NCBI RefSeq assembly: GCF_018977255.1
Contig: NW_024704742.1
Location: 130,450,001-130,514,000 of the forward strand
Reading direction: 5' to 3'
Length of the DNA stretch: 64,000 nucleotides
DNA from: Callorhinchus milii
Lineage: Eukaryota
Shown here one piece after another: positions 36,111 to 48,148 of the stretch; the stretch's first letter is position 1, and every line of letters begins with the position of its first letter. The notes beneath the pieces were generated by a model. The model was not told the DNA's origin. It did no database searches and was given only the letters and a program-made list of their open reading frames with translations. The position numbers and the translations under genes are program-made.

Positions 36111-37056
36111 GTTAGTTTGGTTAACTTAATGGTTGAATAACGTAGTTAGGAGAGAGAGTCTTCTAAAAGGGAGAGGTGGGGGTGGTGTCTCATGAGTCTG
36201 GCAATGGATGCCATAAATATAAAACTATAGGAGAGAATGATGAAGGGGTATTTCCACGGCTGTAGTAACATTATCTTCCTACGGGTGGCACTGCTGAACT
36301 GATGGCTGGTTGTACAGCTCCTCCTTACAATACTTTCTGGTAAGCTCTGCAGCACTCCCAGCAGGTTGTTAGTGGTATTGCGGGGGATAAACTAACATAG
36401 GAATTAGGAGCAGGAAGGAGTAGGCCATTCGGCCCCTCGAGCCTGCCCCGCCATTCAATAAGATCATGGTTGATCTTCTAACCTAACTCCATCTGCCCGC
36501 CTTATCCCCATATCCCTTAATCCCTCTATCCTTTAGTAGGATACTAGCTCCTGTTAACCCTGCAAGCCAAAGCCCTAACGGGTAGGGTCATCCTAGCTGG
36601 ACAAACAGCGGGAAAGCCACAGTGATCAATGGCAAGCTATGCCTTTTTTGCTGGTTGGACTCCAGCAATACCCCAATGTGCACACTTGAGTCTCCAAGCC
36701 TTGGCTCTTGCCAACATGCGCCTAATCCTCTCTGGAATTAGATAAGAGTACCATATCAATTGCAAGGATTATTATTATACTATAATACTTGCAAAGAGAA
36801 AGATTCTCTTTGGTGACTTTTTTGAGATGAGAAAGCTATTAATTAGTCTTTCAAATAAAAAAAAGTGAAACATTTTATGTGTCCAAGTGCTTCACAGGAT
36901 GTTTTGTAAAGTATAGTGACTGAGTATGTTGTAGATAAAATCCTGTTGTCTTAAGAGAACATATAATTCTATTGAAAGCACGATTTCCCTGATTAAGTGT
37001 GTGTTTACTATTATTATTAAAATTATAATTACTAAAATTATTATTCACTGTCACAG

Positions 37057-37197
37057 CCGGCAGGGTCTGGAGAGGAGGAGAACGTCCGGGTGGTAAAGTC
37101 GTACGACGACCTGAGTCGAAAGCTCTGGAACCTTAATGGACTTCCTCTGACAATCACTTCGGTCCAAGGCACACATCCTGTATTCCGATACACAGAT
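37057..37197 (+). CDS. NOL6: NOL6 exon 16
   Basis: PAGSGEEENVRVVKSYDDLSRKLWNLNGLPLTITSVQGTHPVFRYTD. Confidence 0.95.
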
Positions 37198-37913
37198 GTA
37201 AGTCACCTTTTCTTAACATCTCCTAGAGTAATGCTGATCGGCTTGGCTCAGGAACTGGACTGTTGAGAGCGCCACAGGGGTTGACTTGATTGTGACATTC
37301 TGTTGCTGAACATGTTGCAGCCGGCTCAGCTCCCAGAAGGTCCCCTTACCTCCCTACTCCCTCCCCCCCCCCCCGAGGTAAGCAGGTAAGAAGTCAAAAC
37401 GACCAATTAGTTGTTTTGGCAACTAGTTCGTCACTTGACTTCTTAGCAGCACAGTGGCCCCGTCGAGTCGCTCAGCACCGAGAGTACTTTGAACAGGCAG
37501 AAATGGCAAAGCTTCAAGGCTCTTGTAGTGTAGCTCAAAGTATGTGTGGTGCACGAGGTCCTGTCTGTCTGTTTGGGTGGATGTTAAAGATCCTGTGATT
37601 CTGACCGAAAAGAGAAGGCGGCTTCTCCCGATGTCCTGGCCAACAATTCTCCAGATAAAATTGTCTGTTCACTTTTTGGGCGGTTTGCAGGACATTGCTG
37701 TAGGCAAATTGAATGTCGAGATCGCCTGGCAATTAGACACTCTCTATGCTTTACGGAACTTTGTGAAGTACGGTTGGGCTCTTTGAGATGTTATTGACTG
37801 TATAGGCGCTGTATCAAATCTAAAGATTACTATTATATGCTACAATCTCATAGTTTTACAGCTGTAATACATTCCTCTTTTAAACGACCTCCCTCTCAAT
37901 TTTGTTTTTGTAG

Positions 37914-38031
37914 GTTTTCCCTGCGTTGCCGATAAAACCGGATATTTCTTTCTACGTAAAGGATAAGAAGAGTAATTGCTTGCTCCCTTCTGTTGACAAG
38001 CCATGTCCTGCATATGTCCCGGCACTGAAAG
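37914..38031 (+). CDS. NOL6: NOL6 exon 17
   Basis: VFPALPIKPDISFYVKDKKSNCLLPSVDKPCPAYVPALK. Confidence 0.95.
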
Positions 38032-38921
38032 GTAAAGGTTACTTTAACAGCTGGAAATGCACAGCAGCTGCACACAGCACTCACACGAGAAGCTTTCAGG
38101 CTTCAAGCGCTCTGAGGTGCTGCCCCATGTGAAGGGCACTATATAATTGCATGTTGTTGTTGAGAAAGATAGGCTAATGTTTCAGAAGCATTCAGAAGCA
38201 CCAGAAATGTCTCTTTCTGTGTCAGGTGCTGACCGGATGATGTGAATTTACTCTCTCTTCCACTTTTATTTCAGAAGTTCAAAGTTGAATTGATTTTTTT
38301 TCCCTCTAGTCTGTTGATCTTTTAGCTGTCTTGTTGACATACAGTGCAGTCTTGTTTTGTCTGTTTTTGCTCATGAAGGCGGGTACCCTGTGGACATGCT
38401 GATGATGTCACTTCCAGCAACAGTAGCAGGAAGTGCCGTCAATGGTGATCTGATGATCTGGAAGCTGACCATTTTGTAGTATAGGAAGCTACCTGTCTTT
38501 TGTGTGCATGCGAGATGCATACAGAAGCGGTCTCCCCCCTCCCACCCCCATTATAAGGCTGATTTGGATATAATGTGGTTCTACTGCATTTGCTGTTGAT
38601 GCACATAGATTTTCTGTTCTGAGAAACCAAAGATAGAGTACGACTGTGCTTAAAGTAGATTTTCTAAAAGGATGAGATCCAATGGGCCTTCTTTATCCAA
38701 ACCAATCTTGTGTTTGTGACTGGACCACAAATTCCTTTAGTGAGAAACTTATGGTGGGTCTGAACCAGGCAGTCTGAAGGAGGGTCTGAAATTTGTGAGG
38801 TTGTGTCATTAACATTCTGTCCATTTGCATCCACTGTGTTTTTCTGAAGGCAGTTCTACAATATTGAATAATCTAATGATCGAAAACTACATTTAAAAAA
38901 ATTATCTTCTCAATCACATAG

Positions 38922-39076
38922 TTATATGTCATATGGAAGGAAGTGGAAAATGGCCTCAGGAGAAAGATGCTCTAAAACGGATCAAAGCAGCATTTCACAT
39001 CAGACTGTCTGAGCTGCTTCATCAACAGCATCACCTAACCTGCCAACCTTCAGTCACTCACCTTGATGTGTATAAG
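38922..39076 (+). CDS. NOL6: NOL6 exon 18
   Basis: VICHMEGSGKWPQEKDALKRIKAAFHIRLSELL...THLDVYK. Confidence 0.96.
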
Positions 39077-39169
39077 GTATGTCCCGTGTACAAGGCTGAC
39101 CATCACAAGTCTAAACGAGGGAAGGGGATGGGGGATTGGTATAACCATTAGATTTTACCTTGGATGGCT

Positions 39170-39495
39170 GCCCCATTGTAGTGGTAGAGCTGGAGCTCAC
39201 AGGTTCGAATCCTAGTTTGAATTGTTTTGCTGGTTTGGCCAGCCTGTGTGGGGACATAAAATCGACTGCAGCTTTCCAGGGATACTGCTGTTCATCCCTC
39301 CTCAGCATCCTCTACTGATTGTGCACGTGTGTGGCAGCTGGGTGAAGAGAGGTCAGGTTTGTTCTTGACACCCTCTATAGTCGAATGGCCTTTCAGCATT
39401 CACTACCAAGGCTTGCACATTAGCGATGCTCACTTGGGCTGGGTAGCGGAGGGCAGCCAGCGCTTGAGGAACTGAACCTCAGGGAGAGGAGGCCA
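39170..39495 (+). mobile_element. Old SINE resembling the AmnSINE2 type
   Basis: B-box GGTTCGAATCC head and ..gggtgaagagaggtcagg..tcgaatggcc..cactaccaaggcttgcacat..cacttggg body; related copies near 23030-23260 (-), 28400-28625 (+) and 59020-59140. Family name is from memory. Confidence 0.45.
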
Positions 39496-39860
39496 GACGA
39501 CGAGAAGAGAGGCACACACGCTAATGGGAAGGGAATTAGAAAAATAATTGAGGACACATTAAATGCTATATATAAACACGTTTAGACAAAAATTATAGAT
39601 GGCATTAGTTTTGTAATTAAGAAATGATTGATTGTTGTACATATGGTTTACAATTTACACTTATGTAGCGCCTTTAATGTCAGGAAGACGTACCAAAGCA
39701 CATACATAATGGTATCTGGCTCCCGGAACTGCGGGGGTGGGGTTGGGGGGTGGAAAAGTACGGTCAAAACTTGTTATTTCCTGGTCTCGTATATCCTTGT
39801 GGCTTTAATCCACTGTGTAATCCTCTTCTTTGTTGATGGTTCCCTGTCTGCTCTCTTCAG

Positions 39861-40024
39861 GATGGTTATGTTTTCCGAGTGCAAGTGGCCTACCACAGGG
39901 AGCCTGTCGTTCTGAAGGAAATCCGAACGCCGGAAGGTTTATTGAAGAGTCAGGACACCAAGGAGTCCCTGCAGCTGGAGCTGGAAACCATTCATCTCCC
40001 GTATCTGACCAGCACACTGCACGG
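39861..40024 (+). CDS. NOL6: NOL6 exon 19
   Basis: DGYVFRVQVAYHREPVVLKEIRTPEGLLKSQDTKESLQLELETIHLPYLTSTLH(G). Confidence 0.96.
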
Positions 40025-41783
40025 GTAAGGGAGGGACACTGTGCCTCCTGTCATAAGAGCTGGTCCAACACTGAACTTCTTCACCTCACCAGAAGTGAAT
40101 TATATGAATGATAAAACACAAACACAATACAAATAATACCAACACAAACGATAGAAATACTACAAATAATGCAAATGTAATACATTTATATAGGGTTTAC
40201 ATTTATATAGCGCTGGGCTGCGTGGGGACATCAAATTGGCTCCGGCAGGTGGCTGTCCCAAGGCGCTGGACAGTTATGGCTTGTCACCTGGACTTGGGTG
40301 GTGGAAGCTGAGCGGGGAGGGGAAAGATGACCGAAAGCACTGTAGGTTTTGAGATGGACCTTGAACAAAGTGAACAAAACAAGTGAAGGAGCAAGTCAGA
40401 GGGACTCCGGGATGAAGTTCCGGAGAGCGGGGACAGATAAGCTGAAAGCACAGTCGTTGATGGTAGGGCAGAGAGATATGAAGCCGGCCAAGTGTTCTCT
40501 GAGCAACTTGATTAAAAGTATATTATGAATAATGCATAATAATAAATAACATATAGGAGTAAATGACGATGCAATATTGCAATATAAATATGTACCCACC
40601 CTCCAGTAGACGCACACAAAACCCAATCACTTCTGATGCATTAATTCCACATTCTCAGAACCCTTTTGTGAATCCAAGAATCTTCACTGCGCAGAACAGC
40701 AGGAGAGCTCATTGTGCTTATACTGGTGCTCGCTCTCCCACTGGAGCAATCAGATCTAATCCCATTTCCCTGCTCCCCTTTCCCTTTATTATTAATACAG
40801 TGAACTCCTGATACTAAAGCACTGTCTAATATCATCACATGGCTTATTATATCACCGTGCTGTCTATATCCCAGCTGCTTTCCATGTAAACTGTGAATAA
40901 GGCCCCACCCCCTTATTTAGTCACTCTGCTCGAAAGGTATAAAGTCACATTCCATACATCCCCGTGAGTAAAATATCAGATATATCATCGAAGCAAACTT
41001 GCCTGTACCACGAGAAAATGTTGCTAAGCTGCCCAGCGAAACGGGAAATATATAGAAAACGGAGAACTGTAATTGTAAGCCAATATTAATTGCTGAAGGT
41101 GGGGTGGCACTCAGAAGGTTAAACTAACTTAGTTTTCATTTTCAATCCACGACTGTTTGTGGGACATTGCTGTGCGCAATTGGCTGCCGCGTTCGCCCAC
41201 AAATATACAGTCAATTCACTTTACAGTGTGTTCTGTGAAGCGCTTTGGGACGTCCTCCCGACGTGAAAAGCGCTATATCAAATGCAAGGATTATTATTAT
41301 ATTAGCCCAAAGAGCTAATTGCAGAAATTACTATTATTCTTATGCATCTGCAAAAGTGAGAGAAAATGCCTTTGTAGTATAGGACCTGGATAGAATGTGT
41401 CATAAACCTTCGAAGGAAGTGACTGAAAATCTAAATCAGTGACAAACATAGCGTGAAATGACAAGTGTTAAATATTCATTGCATTTGCTGCCTATTTAGC
41501 TGGTACGTGATAACAAGGTATAACATAAAAACTGTGCAGTATGTATTGCTGTCTTCCTGGCCACCACACCCTCTAGTGGCCCTGGAGGACTCATGCCTAC
41601 ATAGTCACCTGGATGTATAGTTACTGAGCTCTTTTACCTGGGAGTGACGATTTATTAAGAGTTAACTGTATTTACCCAGAAGAAGAAATGTTTTGTGTTT
41701 TAAGCTTTCACATCACAGTGGGCACTCAGTATGCTTTACTGCCTGTGTATTAACATGGTCCACCCCTGATCTGTGTGTCCTAG

Positions 41784-41936
41784 GCTACAGCAGCAGCATT
41801 CTGCCTACAGCGGAACCTGCAGGCTTGCCAAACGGTGGATCAGCGCCCAGCTGCTCAGCGATGACATCGGTGAGGAGAGCATCGACCTCCTTTCGGCCCA
41901 CCTCTTTCTGCAGCCGGCCCCTCACTCACCACCTGC
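41784..41936 (+). CDS. NOL6: NOL6 exon 20
   Basis: LQQQHSAYSGTCRLAKRWISAQLLSDDIGEESIDLLSAHLFLQPAPHSPP(A). Confidence 0.96.
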
Positions 41937-42689
41937 GTAAGGACCCGCTTTAACTTGGTGGGGCGGGAGGGGGGCTTCATTGGACACAGACCCAAATACA
42001 GACTACAGTAAACCCCCATCTCCGGGTTAGGAGAAATTATTTCATACACAGAGCAGTTAGGGTATGGAGTTTTGATGGTGCTTACGGTCACCTCCACCCT
42101 CCCTCTCCCCCCGGCTCATTGTCAGACTCTGCCACTGTCAAGCACTCCGGGACGCTACCCCATGTGAAGGGCGTTATAGAAATGCAAGTTGCTGTTGGGA
42201 ATGCCCTGCAGGGAGCGGTGGTAGAGGCAGAATCCATATTGGTTTTCAAGTGGAGACTAGATTTAAAGAAATCAACTACAGGGAGTATGGGGAAAAGGTA
42301 GGTAAATGGATTGCTCTTAAAGGAGCCAGCACAGACACGATGGGCCTAATGTGCTTTGTGCTGTATATTTCTGAGGTTCTAGATGAGGATGTTACAGAGC
42401 GTTTTGGTGGTTCTATTAACCGTTATTCTGGTAGAATGCAATTGGCGGTTTGAGTCCTGTGAAACATGTGCCTTTTCCAAAGCAAAGTCTTTCAGCTTTG
42501 CCAACAGCAGGTGGCAGGTACAGCTGGTGTCACACCTGTAGCTGTAAGGAACCTAGAGGTTGTTGACTGAAAGAGCAAAGCAGGTGAATGAATCTTCTCA
42601 TTTTTGCTGTTTGTTCCGTTGTTACGATTATAGGAAGGTGAGCGAGTAAAGTTCTTTTTCATACCTTTAAAGCTTTATGCAGGTGTCTC

Positions 42690-43085
42690 TCTGGCTCTGT
42701 CGGTAGCTCCCACCTCTGAGTCAGAAGGTTGTGGGTTCAAGTCCCACATCGGGACTTTGAGCTCACAGTCTAGCGTGACACTTCAATGCAGTTCCAGATA
42801 GCTAGGTCTGCACTACATTGTCAGACATGCTGTCCTTCAGACAAGACATTAAACCGAGGCTCCGTTTGCCAGTTTTGGGTCGATGTTGAAGATTGGATAG
42901 CGCGATTCAAAAAGAGAAGGGAATTCTGGCCAACAATCCCCCAGAAAAAATGTCATTCACTATGCACTTCATGGCTGTTTGTGTGCAAATTGGCTGCTGC
43001 GTTTGCAGTAAAATACCGTGAAGCTCTTTGAGATGTTATGGCAAAGTGTTATGGTTCTATTCCAAGTGCAAGCATTATTATATTA
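42690..43085 (+). mobile_element. Deu-domain-type SINE
   Basis: tRNA-like head (..TCTGAGTCAGAAGGTTGTGGGTTCAAGTCCC..), Deu-like core (..TTAAACCGAGGCTCCGT..AAAAGAGAAGGG..CTGGCCAACA) and L2-like tail. Many other copies in the window (e.g. ~805-1050, 13690-13975, 16350-16750, 23265-23670, 31640-32110, 51165-51480). Confidence 0.7.
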
Positions 43086-43124
43086 CAATTTGCTTTTTTC
43101 CCCTGTTATCTGATTTCTGTTTAG

Positions 43125-43222
43125 ATGTCCTCAAGTGGGCTTCCTTCGGTTTCTAAATCTCTTGTCGACGTTCGATTGGAAGAATAACCCGCTCATTGTG
43201 AACCTGAATTATGACCTAAAAG
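43125..43222 (+). CDS. NOL6: NOL6 exon 21 (last visible exon)
   Basis: CPQVGFLRFLNLLSTFDWKNNPLIVNLNYDLK; donor AAG|gtgagg. Confidence 0.96.
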
Positions 43223-43286
43223 GTGAGGGCTGAACTGAACCCCAATAATATGTTCATCCAGGCTTGACAAGAGTTTCTCCTGGTGT

Positions 43287-43311
43287 NNNNNNNNNNNNNN
43301 NNNNNNNNNNN
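43287..43311. other. Assembly gap (25 N)
   Basis: Run of N flanked by SINE fragments in opposite orientations. Confidence 0.99.
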
Positions 43312-45069
43312 TTGCCCTGTTGGGAATTGAACCCAGGTCTCTCTGCTTATGAGGCGAATGCTCTAACCACTGAGCTACTGGACTCTAAATGCAACAATTA
43401 TGATTATTACACTGTATTAGCTTGGCTCTTAGCATGCTCACTTCTGGGAGAAAAGGGTGTGAGTTCAATGTGGATTTAATATCATAATCCAGTTGTATAC
43501 ACTGCAGCCCACTAATGGAGAATGGAGAGCTGCCCTTCAGATGAAACATTAAACCACGGTCTCCACTGCATCATGGCTGCTATTCAATAGAGAAAGGAGT
43601 GTCTACCCAAGATAAATCGTTTTGAGATCTTTATAACTTATATAGGAGAGTTCTTTCCTTCAAAATACTTTCTTCCTGGACGTGATGCCTCCGTCTCTTA
43701 GAGGTGAGTCCTCAGTCCACAGGGCACAGCCTGGCACAGTAAAATTCCCCACAGTGAGTCAGTGCCAGGCTTTGCCGTGGTCGTTTAATATATGGAGGCA
43801 CGAGCTGACACCAACAGGAAATAAACTTTGCTTTGGCTCTGAGACAATGAGCTCTGAAAAGGAGAAGTCTCACAGAATATATTGTAAAGTGGATTTATTT
43901 ATTTATTTATGAAGCAGAATATATTGAATATATACAAAAATATAAGAATATATTAAGTAGATGTATTTACTTTTTGTTTATCGGTTTGTTTATTTTTTTA
44001 TTTATTTATGAAACAGCATCTGGTTCAGTGGCTTCTTCCCTCCAACATTCTCCTCCTCTCAGTCTCTGCTACTGCTTCACTTTACAAAGATTTACAGAGA
44101 ATGTACAGGACGGAAACAGGTCAATCAGACCAACCAGTCCCTGCCAGTGTTTATACTCCACACAAGTCTTCACCCATTCCTTACTCCTTCCATACCCTTC
44201 TATTCACCTCTCCCTCGTGTGAAGTGACATGTGATAAGCTATGAACTGTTTTATGTTGATTTCCCTGATAGAAACAAAATTGGTTATTCTCATTATGATC
44301 AGCATTTTCTCCTGAAGACACTTCTTTAGGCAAACTGTGCTAAATATTGTACAGCCCTCTCGACTTGAAAGGCACTTTCCAAATTGAAGGATTATTATTA
44401 TTGTATATCAATAACATTCTAAAATATTTTATTTGTAGATTAATTTAGGAGGACAGGGGGACAGCACTTGTACTGGGAAATCTTCCAAAAAATCGAGTCA
44501 TTTAAAGAGTTTGAGTAATAAGCAATCCTGTTTCAGCGCTTTGGAACGTCCTCCCCGACGTGAAAGGAGCTCTATAAATGTAATTTTGTTGTTGTTGTTG
44601 TACAAACTATTAAAGTTGTGTCTGGCGTATTACGTGTAATATTAGTATTGATTCAGGTAAATCCCTATGCTGCCACTGCCTTTTAGTCCTTATTAACGAT
44701 GCAGATCTTTGTGTTTTATTCTTATCATTTAAGGATTAGTTAATGTTGTAATGCCTTTAGAAAGATTAATTATGTAGGATATTTCTTCCAACCCTAGATT
44801 TATCTTTCCCTGTGTCCAGATGAGCTTTTGGTTACAAATTGGAATTTTTTTTTTTGACACACGCGGAAACCATCACTGTGCTTCAAGTCCAAACCAAACT
44901 GAGAGTTTCACGCATCCCACTTACACATGGAGATTCCCAAGATATTTATCGAAAAAGAATGCTCATTCTCTCCCTGAAAGGAAGCATCCTGCTTAACTAA
45001 TCCTGGAGACTATTAGGTGAAGGTTGGCAAGAGCCAAGGCCTGGGGACCCCAGAGTGTGTGTCTTCACT

Positions 45070-46025
45070 CTAGAAGACACAACAAGTCTGCCAAGAAAAG
45101 AGATGCACCAAGGGGATAAGGACAGGGAGCAACTTAGGGAAATTTTCATTATTAGAGAATTGGTGCTAGGGAAACTGTTAGCACTAAAAAGTGACAAATC
45201 CCCTGGACCGGATGGCTTGGATCCCAGGGTCTATTTGGACTTCCAGAAGGCATTTGATAAGGTGCCACATAAAAGGTTAGTCCAAAAGATAAGGGCCCAT
45301 GGAATTGGGGGGAGCATATTAACGTGGATTGGGGAATGGTTAACGGGTAGGAAACAAGGAGTAGGGATAAACGGGGTCCTTTTCAGATTGGCGGGATGTG
45401 ACTACTGGAGTGCCACAAGGATCAGTTCTTGAGCCTCAGCTATTTACCATCTACATCAACGATCTAGATGAGGACATTGAAGTTAATATAGCTAAATTCG
45501 CGGATGACACAAAACTAGGAGGAAGTGTCAACACAGAGGACGACATTAAAAAAAATGCAGCGAGACATAGATAGGTTAGGTGATTGGGCAGGTAGGTGGC
45601 CAGATGAAGTATAATGTAGGGAAGTGCGAAGTCATCCAACTAGGTAGCCAAAAACAGTAGAGCGGGTTATTTTTTGAATGGGAGAGATTGGAATGTGTTA
45701 GTGTCCAGAGGGACTGGGTGTCCATGTACACCAATCACAGAAAGTTAGTCTGCAGATGCCAGCAGCAATTAGGAAGGCAAACGGTATGTTAGCATTCATT
45801 ATGAAAGGATTAGAGTATAAGAGTAGGGAAGTCTTGCTGTAACTGTATAGGCCTGGTGAGACCACACCTGGAATACTGTGTGCAGTTTTTGGTCTCCTTA
45901 TTTAAGGAAGGATGTACTTGCCTTGGAGGGGGTGCAGCGTAGATTTACTAGGTTAGTACCAGGGATGAAGGGGATGAGTTACGAGGATAGGCTGACCATT
46001 TGGGCCTATATTCTCTAGAATATAG
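45070..46025 (+). mobile_element. CR1 LINE fragment
   Basis: [31 protein letters not shown] and later ORF2 motifs; internally deleted and frameshifted. Confidence 0.9.
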
Positions 46026-46284
<259 letters not shown>

Positions 46285-46309
46285 ATTGCATTTTTATAGG
46301 GTTTATATG

Positions 46310-46870
46310 AACTCCTTCCTTGTTGGCCTCGCCAAATCTTCCCTCCACAAGCTGCAAATCATTCAGAACTCTCTCCTGCACCAGGCTCTGTGACCCCATC
46401 ACCCCCACCCTCGCCCGACTCCACTGGTTCCCCATCAATCAGTGGATAGAATTCAAAATCCTCGTCCTCACTTTCAAGGCCCTCCATGGCCTTGCCCCCC
46501 CTACATCTCTGACCTGATGACCCCTTATCAACCTGTCTGCTCCCTCTGCCAGGTCTCCAGGTCTCCCGCCTGACCCGGGACCTGACCCATCAGTGGCCAG
46601 GCTTTCAGTCTCTCTGTCTCTCTGTTCCCGCTCTTTGGAACTCTATCCCACAATCCCTTACCTCACTCCCTCTCTTGCCTCCTTCAATGCACGACTCAAG
46701 ACCCTCGTTTTTGACTATGCCTTCAGCCGCCCTCCTACTCCCTCAGCCCTCCCTCATCCCAACCCTGCCCCCCCCCCCCCATGCTCGGGTCATGATCACT
46801 GACTGTTGAGCACCTTGGGGCGTCCTCCCTACGTGAAATGTGCTTTACAAATGTAATTTTGTTGTTATTG
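46310..46870 (+). mobile_element. L2 LINE 3' fragment
   Basis: DPITPTLARLHWFPINQWIEFKILVLTFKALHGLAP plus tail. Confidence 0.85.
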
Positions 46871-47698
46871 TTACCATCAGTTATGAATTACCAAATGTCA
46901 TTCTGCAAAGCAAGAGAAAGAAAATGAAGATGCAGATAGTAATAACACTTGCATTTTGTATAGCATCTTCCACATCAGGAGGTTGTCTTTCTTCTTCCTG
47001 TAAAGCTCCATATAAATTGGCATATCCATTCTTCCTACTCCCTGCATCCTCAATTTGGTGAAATCAATACTCATAGCACCACTTCTATTCTAACTCCTTC
47101 ATTCCCAGGAACTCAAGAAGGTTGCAAATATAATAACAATAATAATCCTTGCATTTGATATAGAGCTTTTCACGTCTTCTAGACGTCTCAAAGCGCTTCA
47201 CAGAATATACTGTAAAGTGAATTGACTGTATATTTGTGAGCAAAACGCGGCAGCCAATTGCACGCAGCAATGTCTAACAAACAGTCATGGGTTGAGTGAC
47301 CAAATTATTATTTTTTTTTCTTGAGGGATTATTATCCGACGTGTGGAGTAAGGAAACTTGCCCAATGTTTCGACCTGCTAGGAATCGAACCCAGGTCTCT
47401 TGCTTTCGAGGCGAGTGCTGCTTGAATAAATAACTTTGTTCTGATTTTTACATATTACTGCTAATTCCAGTGCTGTTCTATCTTAAATCAGATTGTTTTG
47501 ACATGGATACTGATATAATTGAATTATTCTACACATGAGGGACACTACAAGATCCAGGGAAACGCTTTGAATAAGTGGTGGCTTTTCTCTTGACATAGTA
47601 TTGTAACCAATATGTGTGTCTATAGAGTTGAATATTCCTCTTTGGTGTGTTAACGTTTTGCCTTTTTAAAATTCTACTTCCACTATTAAATGTTGTAG

Positions 47699-48148
47699 GT
47701 TTCAGCATCAAGAATGTCCGTCTAGACAAATGCATCCATGCAAACAATGAGAGCATCAGAGTATCTCTGGCTGACTGCAACCCAGAATCTGAGCACCAGC
47801 ATTGGAGATGGGACTTCCGCACAAAGTCCATCATCAGTCTTGCCACAAAGTGGTGCCTGATGGTGCTTAAAGCAAAAGAGTTGGGGCACGTCAGACTGGG
47901 GCCCTGTGGCAACGGTCAACCTCAAGCATGGGCCTGCAGCAAACGGGGTCACTTAACTCTAGAAGGTTTCAGCTTACACCTCAACGTAAGGCACAGGACA
48001 CACAAAATGTACGTGTCGAGTGAAAAAGGCAAATCGAGCAAATGGAGAACTATGAAAGAAAAGTCTATCTGTGGTGAAGCCAACCATGACACACACCAAC
48101 AAGAGAGTCCTCTCGAGGTGACGGTCTCAGAGCTACGTCAGACGGAAA
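47699..48148 (+). CDS. Ricin-B/cysteine-rich beta-trefoil exon of an OSTbeta-like membrane protein
   Basis: GFSIKNVRLDKCIHA..LADCNPESEHQHWRWD..SIISLATKWCL..LGPCGNGQPQAWACS..SKWRT..SICG. QxW repeats and Cys spacing as in mannose-receptor CysR domains; tgtag|GT and GAAA|gtaaga, phase 1-1. Confidence 0.85.

Noticed and set aside
38395..38475. TGATGA...CTGA with short hairpins in NOL6 intron 17
   Set aside because: Terminal stem only about 3 bp, competing pairings, no guide identified.
43685..43703. ATG..AGAG|gtgagt mini-exon (MPPSLR-G), phase 1
   Set aside because: Strong donor and compatible phase but no signal peptide; cannot be supported without transcripts.
44008..44120. MKQHLVQWLLPSNILLLSVSATA as the signal-peptide exon of the ricin/OSTbeta-like gene
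   Set aside because: No convincing donor; the only phase-1 GT (CAG|gtcaat) is weak and lies in a CR1-end remnant. Not fully excluded.
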